Positions 39,995 through 48,100 of a stretch of 64,000 nucleotides of DNA are shown piece after piece. Each line of letters starts with the position of its first letter. Positions within the stretch are counted from its first letter, which is position 1. Source of the stretch: Pelagomonas calceolata (Eukaryota); NCBI GenBank assembly GCA_918797485.1, contig CAKKNE010000002.1, positions 2,728,001 through 2,792,000 of the forward strand, written 5' to 3'. The notes under the pieces are model-generated. The model searched no databases, was not told where the DNA came from, and was given only the letters and a program-made list of their open reading frames with translations. Position numbers and translations under genes: made by a program.

Positions 39995-41296
39995 ATGGCA
40001 GCGCTGGCGCCCGTAGAAGTGCGTCTCCGGCCGGCGCTGCGGGAAGACGTCGACGCGCTCTACGCGCTGGAAGCGGCGAGCTACCCGGCCGACGAGGCCG
40101 CGTCGCGCGAGGCCTTGGCGTACCGGCAGCGCGAGGCCGGCGACTTCTTCCGCGTCGTGACGATTGAAGGCGACGACTGCGCGGGCTTCGTCTGCGGCAC
40201 GCGCTGCGCGACCTTCGAAGAGGAGTCGATGGCCGCGCACGACCCGGCCGGTTCCATCCTCGCGATCCACTCCGTCGTCGTCAAGCCGGCGCTGCGACGG
40301 CGCGGCATTGCCTTGCGAGCGCTCCGGCGCTACGTCCACGACGTGCGACGCGGGAGGACGTGTGCAACCATCGCCCTCATCGCGAAGGCGCCCCTCCTGC
40401 CGTTGTATCGCAAGGCGGGGTTCGAGGTTCAGGGCTTGTCGGAGATCGTGCACGGCCGGGACCCCTGGTTCGAGTGCACGCTGGACGCGACGGCCTTCCC
40501 CTACGAGGTCGTCGATTCCTTCTCTTCCGTAAAATTTGGGGGCAATCCCGCGGCCGTCGTCCTGGGCGAAGGGAGCGAGGACTGGATGAAGGGCGTGGCC
40601 GCGGAGTTCAACCTGTCCGAGACCGCGTTCCTACGGTTTATAGAGGGCAGCCGCTTCGGGCTGAGGTGGCTGACGCCCACGGCGGAGGTCGACTTGTGCG
40701 GCCACGCGACGCTCGCGGCGGCGCACTTTCTGTTCGGTCGGGAGGCTTATGATGAGCTGATCTTCGAGACGCGGTCCGGCGATCTGGTAGCAACGAAGAA
40801 GAATGACTTGATAGAGCTGGCCTTCCCGCGGGACGACCCCATGGAGGTCGTGGATCTCAAAATCAAGGGCCAGCTGCTCAAGGCTCTGAGCGTCGAGGAC
40901 ATCGTCAGTGTCCACCGGTCGGGCCAGCGCGATCTGCTCGTGACGTTGACGGCGGAGGCGTTTCAGAGCATGAACGTGGACCTGGCGAAGATTAACGAGA
41001 TCGAGCGCATCCGGGGCGTCGTCCCCTGCTGCGCCGGCGACGTGCGCGACGAGGGCCAAGCGGACTTCTCGTCGCGGTTCTTCGGGCCGGCGGTGGGCAT
41101 CGACGAGGACCCCGTGACGGGGAGCGCCCATTGTGCGTTGGCGCCCTTGTTCATGAAGCGCTGCGGCGGCAAAAGCCGGTTGGTGGGCTACCAGGCGTCG
41201 GCGCGCGGCGGGGAGGTCGTGTGCGACGTGGCGGGGCCGCTCGTGAAGCTGAGCGGGCGGGCGACGGCGGTCATGGCCGGGGTTGTAAAGTCTTAA
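39995..41296 (+). CDS. GNAT acetyltransferase (AANAT/PAA1-like) fused to PhzF-like isomerase
   Basis: LEAASYPADEAA, IHSVVV..RRRGIA, GLSEIVHG.DPW (GNAT); FGGNPAAV, NLSETAF, EVDLCGHATLA and EDPVTGSAH (PhzF). An alternative start lies at 39959. Confidence 0.88.
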   Translation: MAALAPVEVRLRPALREDVDALYALEAASYPADEAASREALAYRQREAGDFFRVVTIEGDDCAGFVCGTRCATFEEESMAAHDPAGSILAIHSVVVKPALRRRGIALRALRRYVHDVRRGRTCATIALIAKAPLLPLYRKAGFEVQGLSEIVHGRDPWFECTLDATAFPYEVVDSFSSVKFGGNPAAVVLGEGSEDWMKGVAAEFNLSETAFLRFIEGSRFGLRWLTPTAEVDLCGHATLAAAHFLFGREAYDELIFETRSGDLVATKKNDLIELAFPRDDPMEVVDLKIKGQLLKALSVEDIVSVHRSGQRDLLVTLTAEAFQSMNVDLAKINEIERIRGVVPCCAGDVRDEGQADFSSRFFGPAVGIDEDPVTGSAHCALAPLFMKRCGGKSRLVGYQASARGGEVVCDVAGPLVKLSGRATAVMAGVVKS

Positions 41297-41348
41297 GAGG
41301 TATGATTATGAACAGCTATGGACAACATATGTACAGTTCGATCGGCGA

Positions 41349-41779
41349 TCAGTAGGTGGGCATGTGGTGGGCCGGGAGCGGGTTGTGCTCCGTGCCCGTC
41401 AGGCCCGACGACGGCAGGAAGACGCCGCTGTGGCCCGCGTCCTTTTGCATCGGCTCGAAGTCGAGGTTGGGCGCGCCGGTCACGGGGTCGCAGCCCTGGC
41501 TGTAGACTTTCTCCATCTTCGCCGTGTAGGCATCGCCTGTGAGCAAATCAAATAGTGAGTCGGGTGCATAATTCTTCACTAAGTCCTTTCTCGGCGAGAA
41601 CGCGACGCGCCACGACAATTTGATTTTATGCACTGCACGTTGCCCTCCTCCGTCGACGGGTGCGGGAACCAGCGGTTCAGCCAGTTCGCCGTGCGCTGGG
41701 ACGCGCCGTCGAGCATGCTCGACGTGCGCTTCACCAGGCGCCGCGTGAAGCCGGGCTTCTCGGCGGGGTCAAGCTCCAT
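41349..41779 (-). CDS. Small hypothetical protein, 2 exons (41779-41644, 41536-41349)
   Basis: A GC-AG intron joins ...PSTEEG|DAYTAKMEKVYSQGCDPVTG...HHMPTY*. Confidence 0.6.
41537..41643 (-). mobile_element. Introner intron with GC donor (107 bp)
   Basis: GCAACGTGCAGTGCATAAAATCAAA...CGCCGAGAAAGGACTTAGTGAAGAATTATGCACCCGACTCACTATTTGATTTGCTCACAG; internal blocks shared with 1613-1756. Confidence 0.7.
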
Positions 41780-41934
41780 GCTACTTCACCGCTGCTGGCC
41801 TCAGCCCTATGTCGCGGTCCTGGGGCGCGCTGCGCCACGCCGTTCGATGACGACCGAAGAAATAGATAGCGACCGTAGTACGGCCTAGTAAATCGCTGGT
41901 CCAGACAGCCGCGAATTAGCGTCGACGCGTCGAC

Positions 41935-41960
41935 GCTAGCGGCCTTGAAGACACACTAGC
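41935..41960 (+). promoter_or_regulatory. CTAG bipartite motif copy
   Basis: gctagcggccttgaagacacactagc between divergent starts 41779(-) and 42159(+). Confidence 0.7.
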
Positions 41961-42158
41961 AAGCGGACAAAATCGCGCGGAATGACATGAGACCTCCCTT
42001 CAAGGGCGCCGAGCACCTCCTCCGCGCCTCCCCCGCAGAGCGGTCGCCCGTCGAGGTCGTTGTGGCGCTCGTTGGCCACCACAAAAAGCACGACGAGCAG
42101 CCTCCAAGGAGCGCGACCGGCTGCCCCGAGCCCACGACGCACACCGACGGACCCGAGC

Positions 42159-43577
42159 ATGCCGCCCCCATCAGCAGCCCGCGTCGCGTGGGACGTCGAG
42201 CAGCTCTCGACCGTCCCAGCGGAGCTGGGCGGCCACGAGGTCCAAGGCGCCCGGGTCGAACTCATCATAAGGCCGGCGCCGGACCTTGTTATTAATGAAG
42301 ACGTAAGGTTCGAGGTCCGCCTCGACGCGGGCAACTACCCCGCGCGGCCGCCGGCCGTCCGACGCTTGACCGAAAATGCCAAAGCGGTCGACGGCGTGGA
42401 CGCGGCGGGATCCGTGAATTTGCCCATCCTCGACCCGCGAGCCGAACCGAATGGGTGGTCGAGAGGCTACTCGCTGGCCGTGGTCTTCTACGCGCTGCGG
42501 GACGTGTATCGGAAGGCGGAGGCGGACTGGGCGCCGCCGCCGCCGCACGCGCAAGGATCTTCTGAACCCGTGGCGGGTCGGCCCGCCGTCGAGGCGAATT
42601 TGTCGTTCGGCCTGACCGTGGGCCACGCCGGCGACCAAGGTAAAAGGATGTCAATGGAGGACGTCGTGTTGATAAAACCGCTCGACGTGCCCTCCAAAAA
42701 AACGAGAAGATCGCAACTTATCGTCGTTTTTGATGGGCACGGCGGCCGCAAGGTCGCGGAGTGGGCCTCCGAACTCCTCCCCGAGGAACTGCAGCGGAAT
42801 TTGCGGGTCGACAGCTGGGGCGATGCATTGAAGCGGGCCTTCCCGGCCGTCGACGCCGAACTGAGAAGAAGACGCGAGGCCGATTCCATGGGCCGCGACG
42901 CGTCGGGCTCCACCGTGCTCGCGGCGCTCTTCGACGGACGAGACACGTTCCACGTCGCGTCGCTCGGAGACTGTAGAGCCGTGCTCTCCCAGAAGGATGG
43001 CTACGTGAACTGCTCGAACGATTGTAGAGCCGACCGGCCCGACGAGATCGCGCGCGTCGTCCGCGCCGGCGGCTTCGTCGCCAACAAGCGCGTGAACGGC
43101 CAGATCGCCGTGTCGCGCGCGCTGGGCGACTTCGCCTTCAAGGGCGGTGCCCTGGGCGACCGCGTGTCCTGCGTGCCGGATCTGACCTCCGTGAAACTGC
43201 GCGACGGCGACGACTTTCTGCTGATCGGCTGCGACGGCGTCTTCGACGTCCTGACCTCGGCCGAGGCGACGAGTTTTGTGAGAGACCGCCTCGGACAAGG
43301 CCGCAATTTAGATGACGCCGCCATGGACCTCGTAAGGCACGCCATCGACGACCGCGACTCGCGCGACAACGTCTCCGTCTGCCTCGTCAAGCTCCAGAAG
43401 ACGGCGCCCGAGGTCTATACGGAGGGGGCAGTGGCGGCATTGCATAGCGTCCCCGTCGCGGAGCCCTTGCACGCCGCGAACGCGCCGCGCGCGCCGGCGG
43501 CGAAGCCACGGAAAACTGGCGTCCTCGACGACGAGGACCTCATGGACTTCCTCATGAACGACGACAACTTCGCCTAA
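42159..43577 (+). CDS. UBC-fold (inactive E2 variant) + PP2C phosphatase fusion
   Basis: YPARPPAV..GSVNLPIL..GW...YSL (UBC-like); MED, VFDGHGG, LGDCRAV, AVSRALGD, GCDGVFD and SRDNVS (PP2C). Confidence 0.85.
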   Translation: MPPPSAARVAWDVEQLSTVPAELGGHEVQGARVELIIRPAPDLVINEDVRFEVRLDAGNYPARPPAVRRLTENAKAVDGVDAAGSVNLPILDPRAEPNGWSRGYSLAVVFYALRDVYRKAEADWAPPPPHAQGSSEPVAGRPAVEANLSFGLTVGHAGDQGKRMSMEDVVLIKPLDVPSKKTRRSQLIVVFDGHGGRKVAEWASELLPEELQRNLRVDSWGDALKRAFPAVDAELRRRREADSMGRDASGSTVLAALFDGRDTFHVASLGDCRAVLSQKDGYVNCSNDCRADRPDEIARVVRAGGFVANKRVNGQIAVSRALGDFAFKGGALGDRVSCVPDLTSVKLRDGDDFLLIGCDGVFDVLTSAEATSFVRDRLGQGRNLDDAAMDLVRHAIDDRDSRDNVSVCLVKLQKTAPEVYTEGAVAALHSVPVAEPLHAANAPRAPAAKPRKTGVLDDEDLMDFLMNDDNFA

Positions 43578-43643
43578 GCATAAGTTTAAGCAAAGCAAAT
43601 AAATTAGAAATCTCGAAGGCAGAAGGAGGCGGAGCTCCACATA

Positions 43644-46388
43644 CTAGTAGGCGAAGGGGTTCCGCGGCGGCGGCGGCGGCTCGTCGCTCTCTGGCGTCGC
43701 CCATCGACTCTGGCCCGTTTGCGCGTTGTAGTCGTAGGCGTGGCCCGTCTCCGGGTCAGTATATGTCGTCCAGCCCTCGTCCGACGGCGCCGGAGGGGGG
43801 CGCTGTTGCAATGATCGCGCGTACGCGGCGTCGCGCGCCTCCGCCTCCCGGCGCGCGCGCGCGCTGTCCTGTTGCAACGACCGCGCGTACGCAGCGTCCC
43901 GCGCCTCGTTCGCCGCCCGTTCGCGCGCGCGCTCCTCGTCCAACTCCGCGCGCAGCCGCTCCGCGTACCTCCGGTCCGCGTCTTCGCTGGGCGCCGCCTC
44001 GTTCTCGAGCGCGTCGAGGGCGTCGCACACGGCGTCCTTCTCCTCGCGCGAGTAGGCGCACACGTAAACTTCGTCGAGGCCCGGATATGCATGCGAGGCG
44101 ATGGCCCGCAGGCCGACGGACACGACCCGCTCCAGCGGCACCGAGCCGCGGTAGACGCCCGCGCTCAGCAGCGAGAACGCGACGTGGCGGACGCGCTTCT
44201 CCCGCGCGACGCGCAGCGCCGCCGCGTAGGCACTTATGAGCGACGCCTCGCCGCCGCGCCAGCCGCCGCCTTGCCGGAAGTCGGGGCCGACGGCGTGCAG
44301 GACGTACTCGACGCGCAGCTGGCCGTAGGCGTTCGGTCCCGTCGCGACGCAGTCGCCGACGCCGATTCGGAGTCCGTGCGCGTCCTGGGGCAGCGCCGCC
44401 CGGTCCCGCCGCAGCGCCGGGCCGCCGGCCCGCGAGACGGCGCCGTCGACTCCGCCGCCACCGAACCCCCGCGCGTTCGCCGCGTTGACGATCGCCGCGG
44501 GGCCCGGGCAGCCGCCGAACGCCACGACCGAGCCCGCCGCCGCCACGAGGCGGCCGCCGTGCCGCAGCCTGATCGCCTTGAGCTCCCGGAGGCCGCGGTT
44601 CGTGCCGCGGATCGGCCGCGATTTCGGAGTCGGCGCGTCGCCGTCGTCCGTGCTCAATTCGTAATCAGCGGCGGGGGCGCTCGGCGCGGCACGCAGGCGG
44701 TCGAGGCGGTCGGCGAGCGCGTCCGCGCACGGCGTGGCGTCGCGCGTCCACGACGGCGGCGCGGGCGGCGCCGGCGGTCGCGCGGCCGGCGCCGCCGCCG
44801 GCTTAGGCGGTGTCGGTGGGGCCCGCGGTCGTTCGTGCTGCAAGCTGCGCGCGTAGGCCGCATCCCGCGCCTCCGCCTCGCGGCGCGCACGCGCGCTCGC
44901 CTCCTGCAGCGACCGCGCGTAGGCCGCGTCGCGCGCCTCGGCCGCCTCGCGCGACGCGTCGAAGAACGCATCGACGCCGCCGAGGCCGCGTTGTTGCGTG
45001 ACGGCCGCCGCGGCCGCGTCCCGCCGGTCCAGTCGGTCCTCGCGCGCGGCGGCCAGGAGCTCCTCTTGGGATCGCGCGAGGGCCTCGTCCTCGCGCCGCG
45101 CGGCCGCCGCCGCCTCGCGCCGCGCCGCGACCGCCTCGGACCGGGCCGCGTCGAAGGCGTCGAGGAGCGGGTCGTCGTCGGCCGGCTTTGCGAGCGGCGC
45201 CGGCGGCCCGGTTTCTGAAAAGAAGGGCGTCGCCTCGGCCAGCGTCAAGGTCGTGTCCGCGGGCGCGGTGTCCGGCACTTTCGCGTAGTAGACGCGCTCG
45301 TTCGTGTGCTTGAGCTCGTCGTAGTACGCGGCGGCCGCGGCGCCGAGGCGCCCGGCCGTCGCGCGGCCCGCAAGTTTTACAAGGTCGGCCGCCGCGGGCG
45401 GCGGGCCCGGCCACGCGCCCGCCCCCGCGAGGGCGGCGAGCCGGTCGCGGCCGCGCCGCGCGTGAGCCACGGCGTCGCCAAACGTGGCCGCGTCGCTCTT
45501 GGCCGCCGCTTGCCGCGCTCTCAGTAAATCCGCGGCGGCGAAGGCCGCGAGCGCCGCGACGGCGGTCTCGGAACAGCCGAGGGCCATCGCCGCGGCCGCC
45601 GCGCGGTCCGCCGCGCCGTCCGCGAGCCGCGCCGTCACGGGGTTGTTCAGTGCCAGCCCCTTGCGGACGACGAGTCGGTCGGCGGCGGCGAGGCAAGCGT
45701 TGCCGCGCGCGGTCGCGACCGCGGGCGAGGCCTCGGCCGGGACCTTTTGCAGCGCGTGCCACGACCCCGCGGCGTCGACTTTCGCCGCGGCCTGCCACAG
45801 ACCCGCCGCGTCCTTGAGCGCCGCGGCCGCGCGCTTGAGGCCAGCCTCCACGTCCTCGGCCAGCTCCCGCGCGGCGCACCGCTCGCCGGCCTGCGCCCCC
45901 GCCGCGCAGGCCAGCGCCTCGTCGAGGCGCGCGCACGCGACGAGCGTCGGGAGCAGGGCCCCGGCGACGGCGAACATGGGCTTCCGGGCGTCGTAGTCGG
46001 CCACGACGCTGATCGCGTCGCCAGGGCCGAGCGACGACGTCCAGCTGACGGCGAGGCCGCCGGGCGCGACGCGCGCGTCCGTCGCGGCGCCCGCCTCCAG
46101 CGACGCGCGCACCGCGGCGACGGCCGCGGCCGCGGCGCGCGCCGCCGCCGCGACGGCCTCGGCGTGGGCCGCGGCCGCGCCGGGGCGCCCGTCCTCGCGC
46201 GTTGCCGCGCGCAGCCGCGCGAGCGCGGCGTCGGCGGCCTCGCACTGGAGCTTCAGCGCCGGCGTGCAGCACGGCGCCAGGGCGACGGCGTAGTGGCCGC
46301 CGTCGGCGCGCGTGGGCAGTCTCGATGGTGGTATGCGGGTCAGGAACCGGACGAGCTCCTCGCGGAGATTTTCCTCTGGGCTTGCCAT
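43644..46388 (-). CDS. BRO1-like + helical repeats + Macro domain + WW protein
   Basis: NERVYYAKVP (BRO1-like end); AIVNAAN..GGGGVDGAV..HAVGP..VAFSLLSAGVY (Macro); GWTTY.DPETG..YDYNAQTGQSRW..P (WW). Confidence 0.75.
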   Translation of the reverse strand: MASPEENLREELVRFLTRIPPSRLPTRADGGHYAVALAPCCTPALKLQCEAADAALARLRAATREDGRPGAAAAHAEAVAAAARAAAAAVAAVRASLEAGAATDARVAPGGLAVSWTSSLGPGDAISVVADYDARKPMFAVAGALLPTLVACARLDEALACAAGAQAGERCAARELAEDVEAGLKRAAAALKDAAGLWQAAAKVDAAGSWHALQKVPAEASPAVATARGNACLAAADRLVVRKGLALNNPVTARLADGAADRAAAAAMALGCSETAVAALAAFAAADLLRARQAAAKSDAATFGDAVAHARRGRDRLAALAGAGAWPGPPPAAADLVKLAGRATAGRLGAAAAAYYDELKHTNERVYYAKVPDTAPADTTLTLAEATPFFSETGPPAPLAKPADDDPLLDAFDAARSEAVAARREAAAAARREDEALARSQEELLAAAREDRLDRRDAAAAAVTQQRGLGGVDAFFDASREAAEARDAAYARSLQEASARARREAEARDAAYARSLQHERPRAPPTPPKPAAAPAARPPAPPAPPSWTRDATPCADALADRLDRLRAAPSAPAADYELSTDDGDAPTPKSRPIRGTNRGLRELKAIRLRHGGRLVAAAGSVVAFGGCPGPAAIVNAANARGFGGGGVDGAVSRAGGPALRRDRAALPQDAHGLRIGVGDCVATGPNAYGQLRVEYVLHAVGPDFRQGGGWRGGEASLISAYAAALRVAREKRVRHVAFSLLSAGVYRGSVPLERVVSVGLRAIASHAYPGLDEVYVCAYSREEKDAVCDALDALENEAAPSEDADRRYAERLRAELDEERARERAANEARDAAYARSLQQDSARARREAEARDAAYARSLQQRPPPAPSDEGWTTYTDPETGHAYDYNAQTGQSRWATPESDEPPPPPRNPFAY

Positions 46389-46465
46389 GGTCCACCACCT
46401 ACCTGGATAGCTGGTGGGAGCTCACGCCGTGCCGGGAGGCTGCCCGCTAGGAATTAATTCTATAG

Positions 46466-46498
46466 ATTAGGATCACTGATTAGAGGATCACTGATTAG
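46466..46498. repeat. Tandem duplicate ggatcactgattag x2
   Basis: gattaggatcactgattagaggatcactgattag abutting the CTAG motif. Confidence 0.7.
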
Positions 46499-46520
46499 CT
46501 AGACAGTGTAAGACACTAGC
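46498..46520 (+). promoter_or_regulatory. CTAG bipartite motif copy
   Basis: gctagacagtgtaagacactagc between divergent starts 46388(-) and 46621(+). Confidence 0.75.
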
Positions 46521-46620
46521 AAGCATATAGGAGCTAATTCCTTGCCATCCATTTTGACCGGGCCATCCGTCACGGTAGATACAACTCTTAGGAGCGCGTC
46601 GCCTCATCAAACGACCGCAG

Positions 46621-47412
46621 ATGTCGGCCGCACCGCCCAAGGAGAAGAGCATGATGGACAAGTTGTCAGAGGGGATTTCATCTGCTTTCAACACGGCCGG
46701 GACGGAGGCCAACAAGGCCAAGCTCCAAACGGAGATCGCCATGAAACAGCACCAGATCAAGGGCATCAAACAAGAGTTCGGCGTCCGCGGCCAGTGCATG
46801 AAATCAAATCGGACGTCGCGGCGCCCCCAGCGGTCGCGGCGCCCCGGGCGCGGCGCGTCTCGGAGCCGTCACTGCTGAATCATGGCCTCCGTGGACGCCA
46901 TCGACGCGACGTCAGCACGACGGCGTGGTCTCACCGGTTGATTTCAATGATTGTGCACAGGTCGCGGCGTGGGACCTCATGGCGCGCGACGACACCGCGG
47001 GCCTCCAGGCGTTATTCAAGCAAAGGCAGGCGACCGCGCAGAACGTCATCGGCGACCTGGGCAAGCTCCAGCGGCAGCTCGCCGACCTGGGCGGGCCCAA
47101 GCCGACGCATGTCGTGTCCGTGACCGTGCCGGCCGGTCCCACGCTGTGCCGAAATCAATTTCTCGGTGCCTCATTGCACCCGACTCACTGGCTGATTTCC
47201 ACACAGGCGCCAAGGAAGGCGAGTCCATCGAGGCGAAGGCCTCCGACGGCTCGACGGTCCGGATCACGGTGCCCGCGGGGACATCTCCCGGCGCGACGCT
47301 GCATGTACGCGTACCGGTAGCGCTGCCGCCGCCCGTCGACCCGACCGTGCCGGTCGCGCAAGGCACTCCCGTCGTGACGACGACCGCGGAGCCCGTCGAG
47401 CCCGCGAAGTAG
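46621..47412 (+). CDS. Hypothetical protein, 3 exons (46621-46782, 46961-47135, 47207-47412)
   Basis: Splicing two introner introns gives KQEFG|VAAWDL...VTVPAG|AKEG..TVPAGTSPG, containing VxVPxG..PG repeats. Confidence 0.75.
46783..46960 (+). mobile_element. Introner intron (178 bp)
   Basis: GTCCGCGG-CCAGTGCATGAAATCAA...CCATCGACGCGAC...TTGATTTCAATGATTGTGCACAG; the intron start resembles the next exon start (GTCGCGG), like a target-site duplication. Confidence 0.75.
47136..47206 (+). mobile_element. Introner intron (71 bp)
   Basis: GTCCCACGCTGTGCCGAAATCAA...TGCACCCGACTCACTGGCTGATTTCCACACAG. Confidence 0.8.
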
Positions 47413-47488
47413 GCCGCTAAGTTCGGGAAGTAGTTGGACTCGGAAGGTCCCGCGGAGCCGTGCGTTGACCCTTCCCAGCTCGGATTTC

Positions 47489-47510
47489 GCTAGCGGCCTA
47501 AGACACTAGC
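47489..47510 (+). promoter_or_regulatory. CTAG bipartite motif copy
   Basis: gctagcggcctaagacactagc upstream of the ATG at 47783(+). Confidence 0.7.
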
Positions 47511-47782
47511 CAAGCCCAAGGGAGTATAATAATCATATATGCCTTACCACTTGCAGTGCACAGGCAGCCTCGTAATCATTGCACGCGTTCGTGCTAACGA
47601 AGACTGCTGGATTCACAAAACAACCATTCGTGCGGACGCACCGCACAGAGCACTTAGCAGTAGTAGGGAGAGCAAGAGAGCAGCCACCACCACAGAGGAC
47701 TCAGGCAGCAGGGAGAGCAGCCGCAAGAGAGCCCAGGGGACATCTCACAGCGAGCATAAACTCGGACAGCAGATACACGGAG

Positions 47783-48082
47783 ATGATCATTCGTCGCGCA
47801 ATAATAACCGTTGCAGCCGTCGCGCACGGCTTCGTCGTCGCGCCGCGTTCGTGCGCGCCCCTGCCGCGCTCACTCGCGCGCCAGCGAGCGGTCGTCGTCG
47901 CCGACGCGGCGGATTTATCGCGGTCGCTGGCGATCATCGACGCGCAGCAGCTGGTCCTGTCCGTCGGCTTTCTCGCGGCCCTGTGGTTCTTCGCGGCGCC
48001 GACCGGTCCCTTCATGGTCATCGAGGAGGAGACCGTGTACATCGACGAGGAGGAAGAGGAGGAGGAGTGGTTCCGATGGTAA
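47783..48082 (+). CDS. Small putative plastid membrane protein
   Basis: Signal ending AHG-F (ASAF-like), transit-like region, one TM helix, acidic tail. Confidence 0.5.
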   Translation: MIIRRAIITVAAVAHGFVVAPRSCAPLPRSLARQRAVVVADAADLSRSLAIIDAQQLVLSVGFLAALWFFAAPTGPFMVIEEETVYIDEEEEEEEWFRW

Positions 48083-48100
48083 TCACACACATATATTTAG

